Below are positions 9,186 through 17,400 of a stretch of DNA of 25,689 bases, one piece after another; position 1 is the stretch's first letter, and each line of letters begins with the position of its first letter. A program made the position numbers and the translations under genes. The stretch comes from a virus (Duplodnaviria > Caudoviricetes): the IMG/VR virus record IMGVR_UViG_3300010052_000200, positions 1 through 25,689 of that record; one strand, 5' to 3'. The notes under the pieces were generated by a model, which had not been told where the DNA came from, ran no database searches, and saw only the letters and a list, made by a program, of their open reading frames with translations.

Positions 9186-9491
9186 AGACAGTCACAGACA
9201 GTCCCTTCGGACTGTCTCTCAATGAAAAATGCCGTAGGCATAGTGACTTAGAGAGGGTGCAGAGGGTGAAGACAGTTGCCCCGTGATACATGGCAAAAGA
9301 TCGACCCGCCTCAGCACCCAAATCAAACCACCCCTGACCCCCTCTACGTATACGCGAGAGAGAAGGGTCAGAGTGTCTATGAATGTCTGCAAGACATTGA
9401 TTTTGCTGTTGTAATAGCGCGCAGACAGTCGCATTCGACTGTCACTAACTCTCTTGACTGTCTATCGCCGCGCGGCAGCGCGGAGACAGTC
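9186..9491. repeat. Iteron-like AGACAGTC direct and inverted repeat cluster; putative replication origin
   Basis: AGACAGTC at 9186, 9196, 9423, 9484. Inverted GACTGTCT/A at 9210, 9437, 9456. Variant AGACAGTT at 9270. AT-rich stretch at about 9391-9416. Confidence 0.65.
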
Positions 9492-9589
9492 AAGACTTCC
9501 GTTTTCTTCGTCCCTGGTGGGGGTGCGGGGCGACGGCCGAGGCGGCGAGAATGTCTGCGCCACACCGCAATTTTGCGGACCGGGTCGCC

Positions 9590-11404
9590 CTAAATGGTTG
9601 GCGGCTGCCAGCCCGGATCGCCGGCGGGGGTGCGGGGTGGCGGCGACGACGGCACGCCCTCGGTGAACTTGCTCGCTGTGGGCACCAGCCGCACGTCGAG
9701 ATAGACGACGTAGTTGCCGCGCTTCTTCTTCAGCCCACGTTCGCCGAGGCTGTCGCCGAACGATCGCTGCGATGCCGGACGCAAGGCGTTCACCTCGCAC
9801 CACTCGGTGTAAGCCTTGTAGATGGCGCCGGCCTTCACCTGGCCACCTTCCTCGGGCTCCAACGCCACCTCGAGGAACACGCCGACATTGTCGCGCTCCT
9901 CGCGATAGTCCTGCCAGAACTCATGCACGTTGGGCGGGATGAACGGATCGAGCCCGTGCTTGAGGTAGAGCATCATCCCTTCGATCAGCCAGTTCAGGAT
10001 GCCCGATCGCTCGGCATCGAGCCGCTCGGCCAGCAGCGACGGCGCCACCCGCTCCTCTTCCGGGATCGTCACGCCCCACAGCACCGGAAGCAGGCGCCGC
10101 CAGATGCCATAGTCGGCGCCGTTGATCGCCGGCTTGGAGTTGCCAGACAGCACCGGCACGAACACCGGCATGAACTCGAAGAAGTCCTTGTTGAGGAAGC
10201 GCGCGAGGATCTTCGTGCCGCCCGTCAGCGCCTTCACCAGCTCCTCGCGCAGCGGCATGTGCTTGGGCAGCTCCTCGATCGTCACCAGGCGCGTGTTGTG
10301 CAGACGGGCGATATCGGGGTTGGCCTGCTGCCCCTGCCGCTGCCCTTCGCCTGTCACCGTTTCCGGCGACGCGATCGAGCGGTAGCTGCCGGCGAGGCGG
10401 CCGATCAGTTCGATGAAGGCGGACTTGCCGTTGGCGCCGCGCCCATAGTGGTAGACCATGCGCTGCGCATCATTGCCGGCGATCAGCAGCGCATAGGCGG
10501 TGATGACCTGCAGGTAGGTGCGATCGCGCTCAGCCGGCATCACCTTCTTGAGGAACGTGTCGAGAAAGTAGGGGCAGGTCGCATCCGGGTCATAATCGAC
10601 CTCGGCCAGCTTGGTCACCAGGTGATTGCGATCGTGCTCCAGCCGCTCCACCTCGCCCATCCACCGCTCGGCGCCTTCCGGCCGTTCCGGGTCGAGCACG
10701 CGCTTGAAGCGCAGCGTGGCGTTGCGGCAGTTGAACAGCATCGGGTCGGCGTCGAGCCGCTCGATCGGCAGAGACTTGAGGCTCTGGGCCTGCTGCAGCA
10801 TCGCCGAGGTCTTGCCGGCATTGCCTGACGTGACCGCCCAGTTCTTGCGCTTCGACCGTTTCTGGCTAAGGGACTTCCGAACATCGACAGCCTTGGCCGC
10901 GAGCAACCTGTCCGCGGCGGTCCAATCCTCTTCCTTCTTATCATCGACGAGCCGCTGCACCATCCGCAGCACCGTGGCTTGCCCATCGGTGGGGACGATC
11001 TCGAACGCCTCGATCTTGATCTTGTCGACGATCTGCTGCGCCAGCCAGCGCACGTCGAGGTCGGCCTCATCGCGCTGCCAATGCGTATCGCGCCACAGCA
11101 ACCAGCCGAGTCCGGTGACGTAGCAGAGCCCGTGCCCGAACCAGGCGATCAGCCGCCGACCGTTGTCGCGATCGTTCTGGTCGAGCATGGCGCAGAAGCG
11201 CGCGATCTTGCGCTCGTCCTCGCTGAGCCCGGCCGGCGCATCCATCTGCTCAAGATCGATGACAGGCTCGTCGTCACCATCGACACCGTCGTCTGCCGGC
11301 TCCTCAGGCTCGGCCGAGGCCTCGCCTTCCGGAAAGAATGGTTCGCCGTCCACGACCTCGCCTTGGGCCATGGCGTCGCGTACCCGCGATGATCCCCTGG
11401 TCAT
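9590..11404 (-). CDS. P4-family / D5-like SF3 replicative helicase (phage/plasmid primase-helicase)
   Basis: D5_N-like NDRDNGRRL...WQRD, Walker A GRGANGKS, Walker B LVTIEE, KALTGG, GNSKP, DYGIWRRL, and a C-terminal winged-helix-like region. Confidence 0.92.
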   Translation of the reverse strand: MTRGSSRVRDAMAQGEVVDGEPFFPEGEASAEPEEPADDGVDGDDEPVIDLEQMDAPAGLSEDERKIARFCAMLDQNDRDNGRRLIAWFGHGLCYVTGLGWLLWRDTHWQRDEADLDVRWLAQQIVDKIKIEAFEIVPTDGQATVLRMVQRLVDDKKEEDWTAADRLLAAKAVDVRKSLSQKRSKRKNWAVTSGNAGKTSAMLQQAQSLKSLPIERLDADPMLFNCRNATLRFKRVLDPERPEGAERWMGEVERLEHDRNHLVTKLAEVDYDPDATCPYFLDTFLKKVMPAERDRTYLQVITAYALLIAGNDAQRMVYHYGRGANGKSAFIELIGRLAGSYRSIASPETVTGEGQRQGQQANPDIARLHNTRLVTIEELPKHMPLREELVKALTGGTKILARFLNKDFFEFMPVFVPVLSGNSKPAINGADYGIWRRLLPVLWGVTIPEEERVAPSLLAERLDAERSGILNWLIEGMMLYLKHGLDPFIPPNVHEFWQDYREERDNVGVFLEVALEPEEGGQVKAGAIYKAYTEWCEVNALRPASQRSFGDSLGERGLKKKRGNYVVYLDVRLVPTASKFTEGVPSSPPPRTPAGDPGWQPPTI

Positions 11405-12657
11405 GTTACCCCTAAAGTCCCGCCGCCAACATCAGAGGGCGAGGCAGCCCCCAGCTCATCCATCGCCACATCGTTCATGTCGGAAAACCCGCCACCCGGC
11501 CGCACCAGCACGGTGCGTAGGGGCGGCAACTCCGGCCGCTCGCGCCGCGCCATCTCGCGCAGCCAGCGGTTGCGCAGGAGCCCGCGCGTGCACTTCTCGA
11601 TCGCATGCTTTTGCGGCTCGTCGTTCTCAGCGAGGAACACCAGCTCCTCACACCAGTCGGGCACCAGGAAGCAGCCCAGGTCGGTCATGTCCGGCCGGTC
11701 TTCATGCCGCTTCGCAAACTGGTAAAGCGCCTTGCCGCTCATGTTGCCGAGGTCGCCAGCCGCCCAATAGGCCGTGTCCGGCTCGAAGGCGTGGCAGAAC
11801 GGCGTCGCCGTCGTCTCGATGCCCTCGCCCATCACGATGCGGCGCGGGTTTTTCGGCGTGTAGATCGGGATCATCCCGCCCTGCTTCGTGCCGCGCATCT
11901 TCTTGGCCGGCAGCGGCTTGTCGGTGCGATGGTCGGGGTCGAACAGCAGCACCTTGCCTTTCGGCTGGTCGAGGTCGATCCACGTCTGATGCACGCCACC
12001 GAAGCGGCCGAGCGGGTCCTCGGGCTGCACCAGTCGCGCCGGCAGCAGGATCGGCAGCATCATGGCCGGGCCGGCGTGCAACACCTCGTATCCGCCCTGC
12101 CCGTTGCTTTCGACGTACGGCAGGTCGAGCCGTTCGCGGACAGGCAGCTCGTCGACGACCTCGATTGCCGGGTGGTCAAACAGGTCGAGTGCCCTCAGTC
12201 GCAGATACGCCGCAACAGGGCCATCCTTGGCAGGCATGCGACCGGACCGGTAGATGGTCAGCCCCGCATCGCGCGCCTTGCGCCGATAGCGATCCTCTTC
12301 CTCATCATCCCGGCGCTTCTTCTCCTCCAGCGCCCGAGCATTGGCGGCAGCACGATCGGGGTCGATAGGCGCCTCGGCCGAGCGTCCGGTAATGCGCTCA
12401 CAGGCGACGGTGAAGCTCACGTCGTCGGTCGCCATCACCAGGGCGATCACGCCCTCGCCAGAGATCCCGCAGCCGCGGCAGTTGAACAGGTTCTTCACCG
12501 TGTTGATCGAGAAGCGATCGGTACCGCCGCATTTCGGGCACGGCCCGGCGCGGTCGCGTCCCTTGCTCAGCGTCCAACGCTTCTGGATGGCCCAGCCATC
12601 GCAGGTCACGCGGAGCGCTTCGTCACGCAGGGCGGCGAGGTGGTCGGGGAGGCTCAT
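11401..12657 (-). CDS. Zinc-finger / TOPRIM DNA primase
   Basis: P4-alpha-type zinc finger GPCPKCGGTDRF...CRGC, YLRLR, GVHQTW, TOPRIM motif MGEGIET...AEND, C-terminal DMND. Confidence 0.88.
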   Translation of the reverse strand: MSLPDHLAALRDEALRVTCDGWAIQKRWTLSKGRDRAGPCPKCGGTDRFSINTVKNLFNCRGCGISGEGVIALVMATDDVSFTVACERITGRSAEAPIDPDRAAANARALEEKKRRDDEEEDRYRRKARDAGLTIYRSGRMPAKDGPVAAYLRLRALDLFDHPAIEVVDELPVRERLDLPYVESNGQGGYEVLHAGPAMMLPILLPARLVQPEDPLGRFGGVHQTWIDLDQPKGKVLLFDPDHRTDKPLPAKKMRGTKQGGMIPIYTPKNPRRIVMGEGIETTATPFCHAFEPDTAYWAAGDLGNMSGKALYQFAKRHEDRPDMTDLGCFLVPDWCEELVFLAENDEPQKHAIEKCTRGLLRNRWLREMARRERPELPPLRTVLVRPGGGFSDMNDVAMDELGAASPSDVGGGTLGVT

Positions 12658-12950
12658 CGCCGCACCCCCACTTGCTCGGCGCCGGCAGCCGGACGCATGA
12701 TCGAAGTAACAGCGAGATGATTCCTATGGGCAAGCCTGATCCTGAAGCCGATGCGCAGTTCATGCGCTTCAAGACTGACGTGCTGGCGGCCGAGCGCTCC
12801 GGCCGAGCGCCCACCAATCTGATCGAGCGTGCTGGCACGATCGTGTCGTTCCTCGAACATGCCTGGCAACCCGAACACGTCCTCGACGAGGCGAGGCTGT
12901 GGGTCGCCCGTGCTCTCAACCTTCGCGCAGACGATCGGTAGCTTGATCAC
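12654..12950 (-). CDS. Translationally coupled ORF antisense to 12717..12941 (hypothetical)
   Basis: GTGA overlap with the upstream gene and ATGA overlap with the primase. The protein reads like an antisense shadow. Confidence 0.4.
   Translation of the reverse strand: MIKLPIVCAKVESTGDPQPRLVEDVFGLPGMFEERHDRASTLDQIGGRSAGALGRQHVSLEAHELRIGFRIRLAHRNHLAVTSIMRPAAGAEQVGVRR
12717..12941 (+). CDS. Small hypothetical protein on the counter strand
   Basis: MIPMGKPDPEADAQFMRFKTDVLAAERSG... has helical, protein-like composition. Start could be 12717 or 12726. Confidence 0.5.
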   Translation: MIPMGKPDPEADAQFMRFKTDVLAAERSGRAPTNLIERAGTIVSFLEHAWQPEHVLDEARLWVARALNLRADDR

Positions 12951-13165
12951 GTCGTCGGCCTCTCAAATGCCGCCGCCTCAAGCGCGGCCGAGGCCTCTGC
13001 AAATCCCTGCGCAGCGAGAAAGGTGATCGCCTCGTCGAAGGCCTGTTCCCGCACGCGCAACTGCAGGCGCTTCTCGTAGCGCACCACCGAGGTGTGCCCG
13101 GCATCTAGCCGCGCCTCGTTCGCCGCGACCTTCTCGGCCTCGGTCATCTGGTCCCAGTCCTTCAT
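12947..13165 (-). CDS. Hypothetical phage protein (72 aa)
   Basis: Start reassigned to MKDWDQMTE (ATG 13165), ATGA overlap with the upstream gene, GGAG/AGGT RBS-like sequence. Confidence 0.7.
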   Translation of the reverse strand: MKDWDQMTEAEKVAANEARLDAGHTSVVRYEKRLQLRVREQAFDEAITFLAAQGFAEASAALEAAAFERPTT

Positions 13166-13380
13166 GGCACCTGCTCCAAAAACGTTGCGGCCAGCTTCAC
13201 CGCCGAGGTGAGCCCTTCGGCCAGCGTCTGATTGTTGAGGGGTGGGGTGAGCCGGCGCCGCGTCGCATCGTCGACAAGCGCCTGCTCGAAGTCGGGCAGC
13301 AGCGAGCCCGGCTCGAACGCCAGGTCGCGCAACATCCGCTCGAAGCGCCGACGATGGAACGCGGTGACGGACGGGCTCAT
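13162..13380 (-). CDS. Hypothetical phage protein (72 aa)
   Basis: ATGA overlaps at both ends; codon usage matches neighbouring genes. Confidence 0.7.
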   Translation of the reverse strand: MSPSVTAFHRRRFERMLRDLAFEPGSLLPDFEQALVDDATRRRLTPPLNNQTLAEGLTSAVKLAATFLEQVP

Positions 13381-13955
13381 GCGCGTTCAAGTCTCTCGGG
13401 GAAACCGAACCGCTCGCTGGTGAGGTTGAACTTCACGATCACCGCGCCGGCCAGGTCGATCTGGAATTCGTAAGCGAGTGCGTCAGTCGCCCGGAATACT
13501 TGACGCGCCCAGAAAGCACGCCCCTCTACATCATCACCGTCATCGACGCGCGCTATGGACTTAAAGAGCCAGTTGCCTCGCTCGCTCGGCGTCATAGCCG
13601 CTTCAGGATAGTTGGCCGCTGCATGGGAGGTGTCAGCACGGATGCCCGCAAAGTCGAATTCCTCGAACAGGCGGCGTTCCGGGAAGTCCCAGCCGAGGCA
13701 AATGTCGAGGTAAATCACTACATCCGCGAGTTCGCCTCCCAGATCATCGACGAGCGCGAGGTGCGACTTGAGGTTGCCGGCAAGGCCGTCGCGATCCCTG
13801 TTCAACTTTTTGACGACGTTCAGCGCCTCGCCGGCCTCACCGCCAAGGGCGAGGAACCAGTCGGAAAATGACCACGGCGGCGCTCCCTCAGGATGCCAAC
13901 GACGGCAGCGCGGAAGGTTCTGATCCCGAAGATGCGAAAATGTTAGGTTAGCCAT
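13377..13955 (-). CDS. MazG-like all-alpha nucleotide pyrophosphohydrolase
   Basis: LGGEAGEALNVVKK...GELADVVIYL metal-binding motif and C-terminal IDLAGAVIVKFN. GGAGG RBS. Confidence 0.85.
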   Translation of the reverse strand: MANLTFSHLRDQNLPRCRRWHPEGAPPWSFSDWFLALGGEAGEALNVVKKLNRDRDGLAGNLKSHLALVDDLGGELADVVIYLDICLGWDFPERRLFEEFDFAGIRADTSHAAANYPEAAMTPSERGNWLFKSIARVDDGDDVEGRAFWARQVFRATDALAYEFQIDLAGAVIVKFNLTSERFGFPERLERA

Positions 13956-14124
13956 GGTGCGCCTCCAGCGCTTGGGTAGGTTGGGAGCGCTCCAGCGCCA
14001 GGTCGAGCAGCCACGCCATCTCGCCGGCCGTGATGCGGGCGAGCGTCACGGCCTCGGATGGCTTCGTGCGAAGCTCCTCCAGCCGAGCGCGATCGATGGG
14101 TGTGGGGACAGCTCGTTTGCCCAT
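13948..14124 (-). CDS. Hypothetical phage protein (58 aa, not in ORF track)
   Basis: MGKRAVPTPIDRARLEELRTKPSEAVTLARITAGEMAWLLDLALERSQPTQALEAHHG. TGATG overlap upstream and 8-nt overlap with the MazG-like gene; fills the gap exactly. Confidence 0.7.
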   Translation of the reverse strand: MGKRAVPTPIDRARLEELRTKPSEAVTLARITAGEMAWLLDLALERSQPTQALEAHHG

Positions 14125-14465
14125 CAGCCGTGCCCCTGCACGGGCAGGTCGGCGATCAGCGTCTTGCCGAACGCGTCGAGTTCTTTGTGGATCATGTCCA
14201 TGCGCCGAAGGTCGGCCGCGGTCGGGTCACGATCCTCATCGAGGATGTTCATGATGCTGGCGAACAGGTGGTTGGCGCCGGCCATGAAGGCCTTGCGCAG
14301 GTCCGCCACCTGCTCTGGCGTAGCATCCTCTGGAAGCCAGCCCTTGCGCAGGCCAATCCACCCGGCCTCGACCAGCTTGCCGTCGTCGGCCAGCTTGCGT
14401 CCGAGGTTGGTCATCAGCCGCTCGTAGTCGGTCATCGACTCCCGCTTGCGTTTCGCCTCACCCAT
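14124..14465 (-). CDS. Hypothetical phage protein (113 aa)
   Basis: MGEAKRKR N-terminus, GGAGG RBS, 8-nt overlap with the methyltransferase stop codon. Confidence 0.8.
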   Translation of the reverse strand: MGEAKRKRESMTDYERLMTNLGRKLADDGKLVEAGWIGLRKGWLPEDATPEQVADLRKAFMAGANHLFASIMNILDEDRDPTAADLRRMDMIHKELDAFGKTLIADLPVQGHG

Positions 14466-17400
14466 TTGCGGCTGCCTCCTCGATCTCCATCAGTCCGAAC
14501 AGGTCCGGCGTCGCCAGCTCCTCGGCCATGCGTGCCACGTGGGCGCAGCCGTCGCGGAAGTAGGCCGGGTTGAGTTCCACCGCCCGGCCCTTGCGCCGGT
14601 GCTTCAGTGCCCGGAAGGGCACGCTCATCACGCCGCCGAACGGGTCGAACACCACCTCGCCGGGCTCCGAATACTGGTTGATGGCGCGGTCGATGATGTC
14701 GAACTGCAGCGGGCAGAGGTGCAACTCGCGCCCCTGCTGCGCCTGCAGCGTGTTCATCGACAGCATGCGGGCGACATCGGTCCACACGGCCGGGTGCTCG
14801 CTATGCGGCGGCAGCAGCATGAAGTCGCTGGGCAGGCCGGACGCCGCCTCGAGGCCTTCGGCCAGGTAGACGTGGTGCTCGAAATCGTACACCGCGCCCA
14901 GGTCGCAGCGCTTCCACAGCTTGTAGATCACGTTGGCGTCGAGCGCCCGTAGCTCCTCCGGCGTCAGCAGCCTGTTGCCGCTCGACTTGCGGAAGCCGTG
15001 CGCATCGAGCTGCCACCGGCCGCGGGAGTAGCCCTCCGGGTTGGTCCACCCCTCACCCTCGAAGGCCTTCTTGTCTTTCTTCACCGGCTTGTCGGCATAG
15101 CCGTTCGAGTTGTCCGAAGGCGGCTTGCGGAAGATCAGGCAATACTCCGGCAGCCCGTTGCCCATGCGCGAGCCGTCCTTGCATTGCTCGGTCCAGCCCA
15201 GCCGATAGGTCTGGTTGTTCTCCCGCACGACATCGGTGGTCACCGTGATACGGCTGAGGAAGGCCCAGCCATGCTGCCGGAACCGCGCCACGCAGTCGTC
15301 GGAGAACGGCGACACGGTCTGGAAGCCGAGTCCGGTCAACCCGCCCGGCACGATCCGGTCCTTCACGTGGATCATCGCGATACGGCCCGGTGCCAGCACC
15401 CTGAGCAGCTGTGGAATGAGGAAATCCATCTGCGCCCAGAAGTGCTTGTCGTCGTCGGTGTGGCCGAAGTCGGCGTAGTTCGGCGAATACTCGTACTGGG
15501 TCGAGAACGGGATCGAGGTGACGATCAGGTCGACCGAGTTGTCTCCCATGCGCCCAACCTCGTCGACACAGTCGTTGTTCACGAGCGTAAACATCGGCTC
15601 TCCATCTCTCACGGGAGCAGCCATGCCGACTGGACGCGCAGCGCCCCAGAATTCGGGGTCGCTGGTAACAACAACCCGCTCGACTCCCATGCCGCGCTGA
15701 AGCGACGATGCCATGGCCACGGCCGAGAGACCGTACTGCCGGATGATTGCTGTCATGATGTCCCGCTGCTCGTCGTGGCGCCGCCACTTGGCTTCAATGC
15801 TGTCGCGGATGGGCCGCTCGGCCTCGGTGTAGATGAAGTGGATTTCGACCGGCCGCTTCTGCCCGAACCGATAGATCCTGTGGCAGGCCTGGATCAGGTC
15901 TTGAAACTTGTGGCCGATACCGGCGAACACCATGCGAGCGCACTGCTGCAGGTTCACACCGGCGCCGTACATCTGGGCTTTGCTGACGAATGCCGTACGT
16001 TGGCGCTGCTTCCAGCGATGCATCAGCTCTTCGCGGATATCGACATCCTGGCTGCCGGTCAGCGATGCGTAACTGACACCCGCGGCGTCTAGCCCGCGCT
16101 CTAGGGCACGTTGCTCATCGTTGAGGTTGCACCAGATGACGACCTGGTCAGGTACTCCGCTGCGATGATCAGCAGTCGCGGATCGTCCCGCATCAACCCC
16201 AGCGCCGCGTTGCACCGATGGCAGAGCAGCCCCCGCACCCTGCCCGTCGAGTGGTCGTGATCCACGTACAGCTTCCGCCGACCCCTCAGCGGCTCGCGAG
16301 CCCGGCAGATCGCGCAGCAGTGCTCCTGCGCTTCCGCCATCTGCTGGTACTGCTCGGGCGTTACCCCCATAAGGCGCAGCTTCCGCACCCAGGAGGTCTC
16401 GATCGCCCGCGGCTTGTTGTTCCGGTACCAATCCGCGCTTCGAGCGACGAGCTTTTCGCGGTTCGCCTCCCGATAGTTCGCGTCCATCGCCGCGGCCTTC
16501 TCCGGGTTCAGTTCCCGCCAACGCTTCGACCGCGCCCGGTAGACCTCCGGCTTCGCCTGGTAGTTTCGCTTGCCCCGCTCCTTCTGCTTCGCCAGCAGCG
16601 TCTCGCGGTTCTTCAGGTAGTAGGCCCGCTGATAGGCTTTGCGCTTCTCGTCCATCGCGGACGATCTCCAATACCTTGCCGACTCGGACGCTGAGACTAT
16701 CGCGCTTCTCGCGTGCCGCATCGCCGAGCGAGGCCGCTGCATTCTTCAGCAACCGCCCCTGCCCGCTCTTCTCGGTGCCGGCCGTCAGGTGGTTCGACGG
16801 AAGCTCGTGCCAGTGAATGGTGAGCGCCGGGAGCGAATAGCCGTCGTCCGGATAGCCGAGGTCAGATGGCTTCTCGACGAACAGCCCCCAGCTCGCCACC
16901 CAAAGCCAGAACTCTTGCGCTTTGTGGGGATGGATGGTGAGCGTGTCGGCCTTCTCGCTGTTCCGCTTGAAGAAGCGGGTCTTCGCCTGCCCGACATCCA
17001 TCACCTCGAGGAACGCCGCGTAGGCGAGCAGCTCGATATATTCGTTCGGCGACGGCGTGGCCGTGGCGACGAACTTGAATGCCATGCCGCCAAACAGCCG
17101 CATGAACTCCCGGAAGGTCTTGGTGCCGCCGAAGCCGCGCAGGCACGAGGCCTCGTCGAGGGATGCGGCGCCGAAAGCGTTCGGGTCGAGCTTCCCGTCG
17201 CGGATCGATTCATAGTTGGCGAGGTAGTGTCCCGCATCCTTCACCTCGACGGTGCGGCGGATGAACTTCAGGTCGATCGCGCCGTCGGGGTGCGTCGAGA
17301 GCCAGGCGCGCAATTCAGCCCGCTGCGCCTCGGTGATGTCAGGATGCTCGCCGGTCGAGAGCGTCCGCGCGTCCGCCATCAGCTCGAGCCGGACGCCGAG

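Noticed and set aside
9219-9593. Short ORFs in the helicase-NusG intergenic region
   Set aside because: Poor codon bias and overlap with the iteron-like repeats; more likely non-coding.
15590-15690. Short atypical-codon linker between helicase and methyltransferase (VVVTSDPEFWGAARPVGMAAPVRDGEP)
   Set aside because: Could be a small insertion remnant, but it is too short to support without an alignment; treated as a variable linker.
16153-16656. Intein or group I intron explanation for the helicase insertion
   Set aside because: No Cys/Ser start or His-Asn end in either frame, and the nuclease ORF fills the whole insert, leaving no room for a ribozyme core. Not excluded without RT-PCR.
16101-16742. 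Sequencing frameshift as the cause of the nested nuclease
   Set aside because: The nuclease has its own RBS, ATG and stop, and the host frame is continuous without correction. Two compensating errors exactly at the boundaries would be needed.
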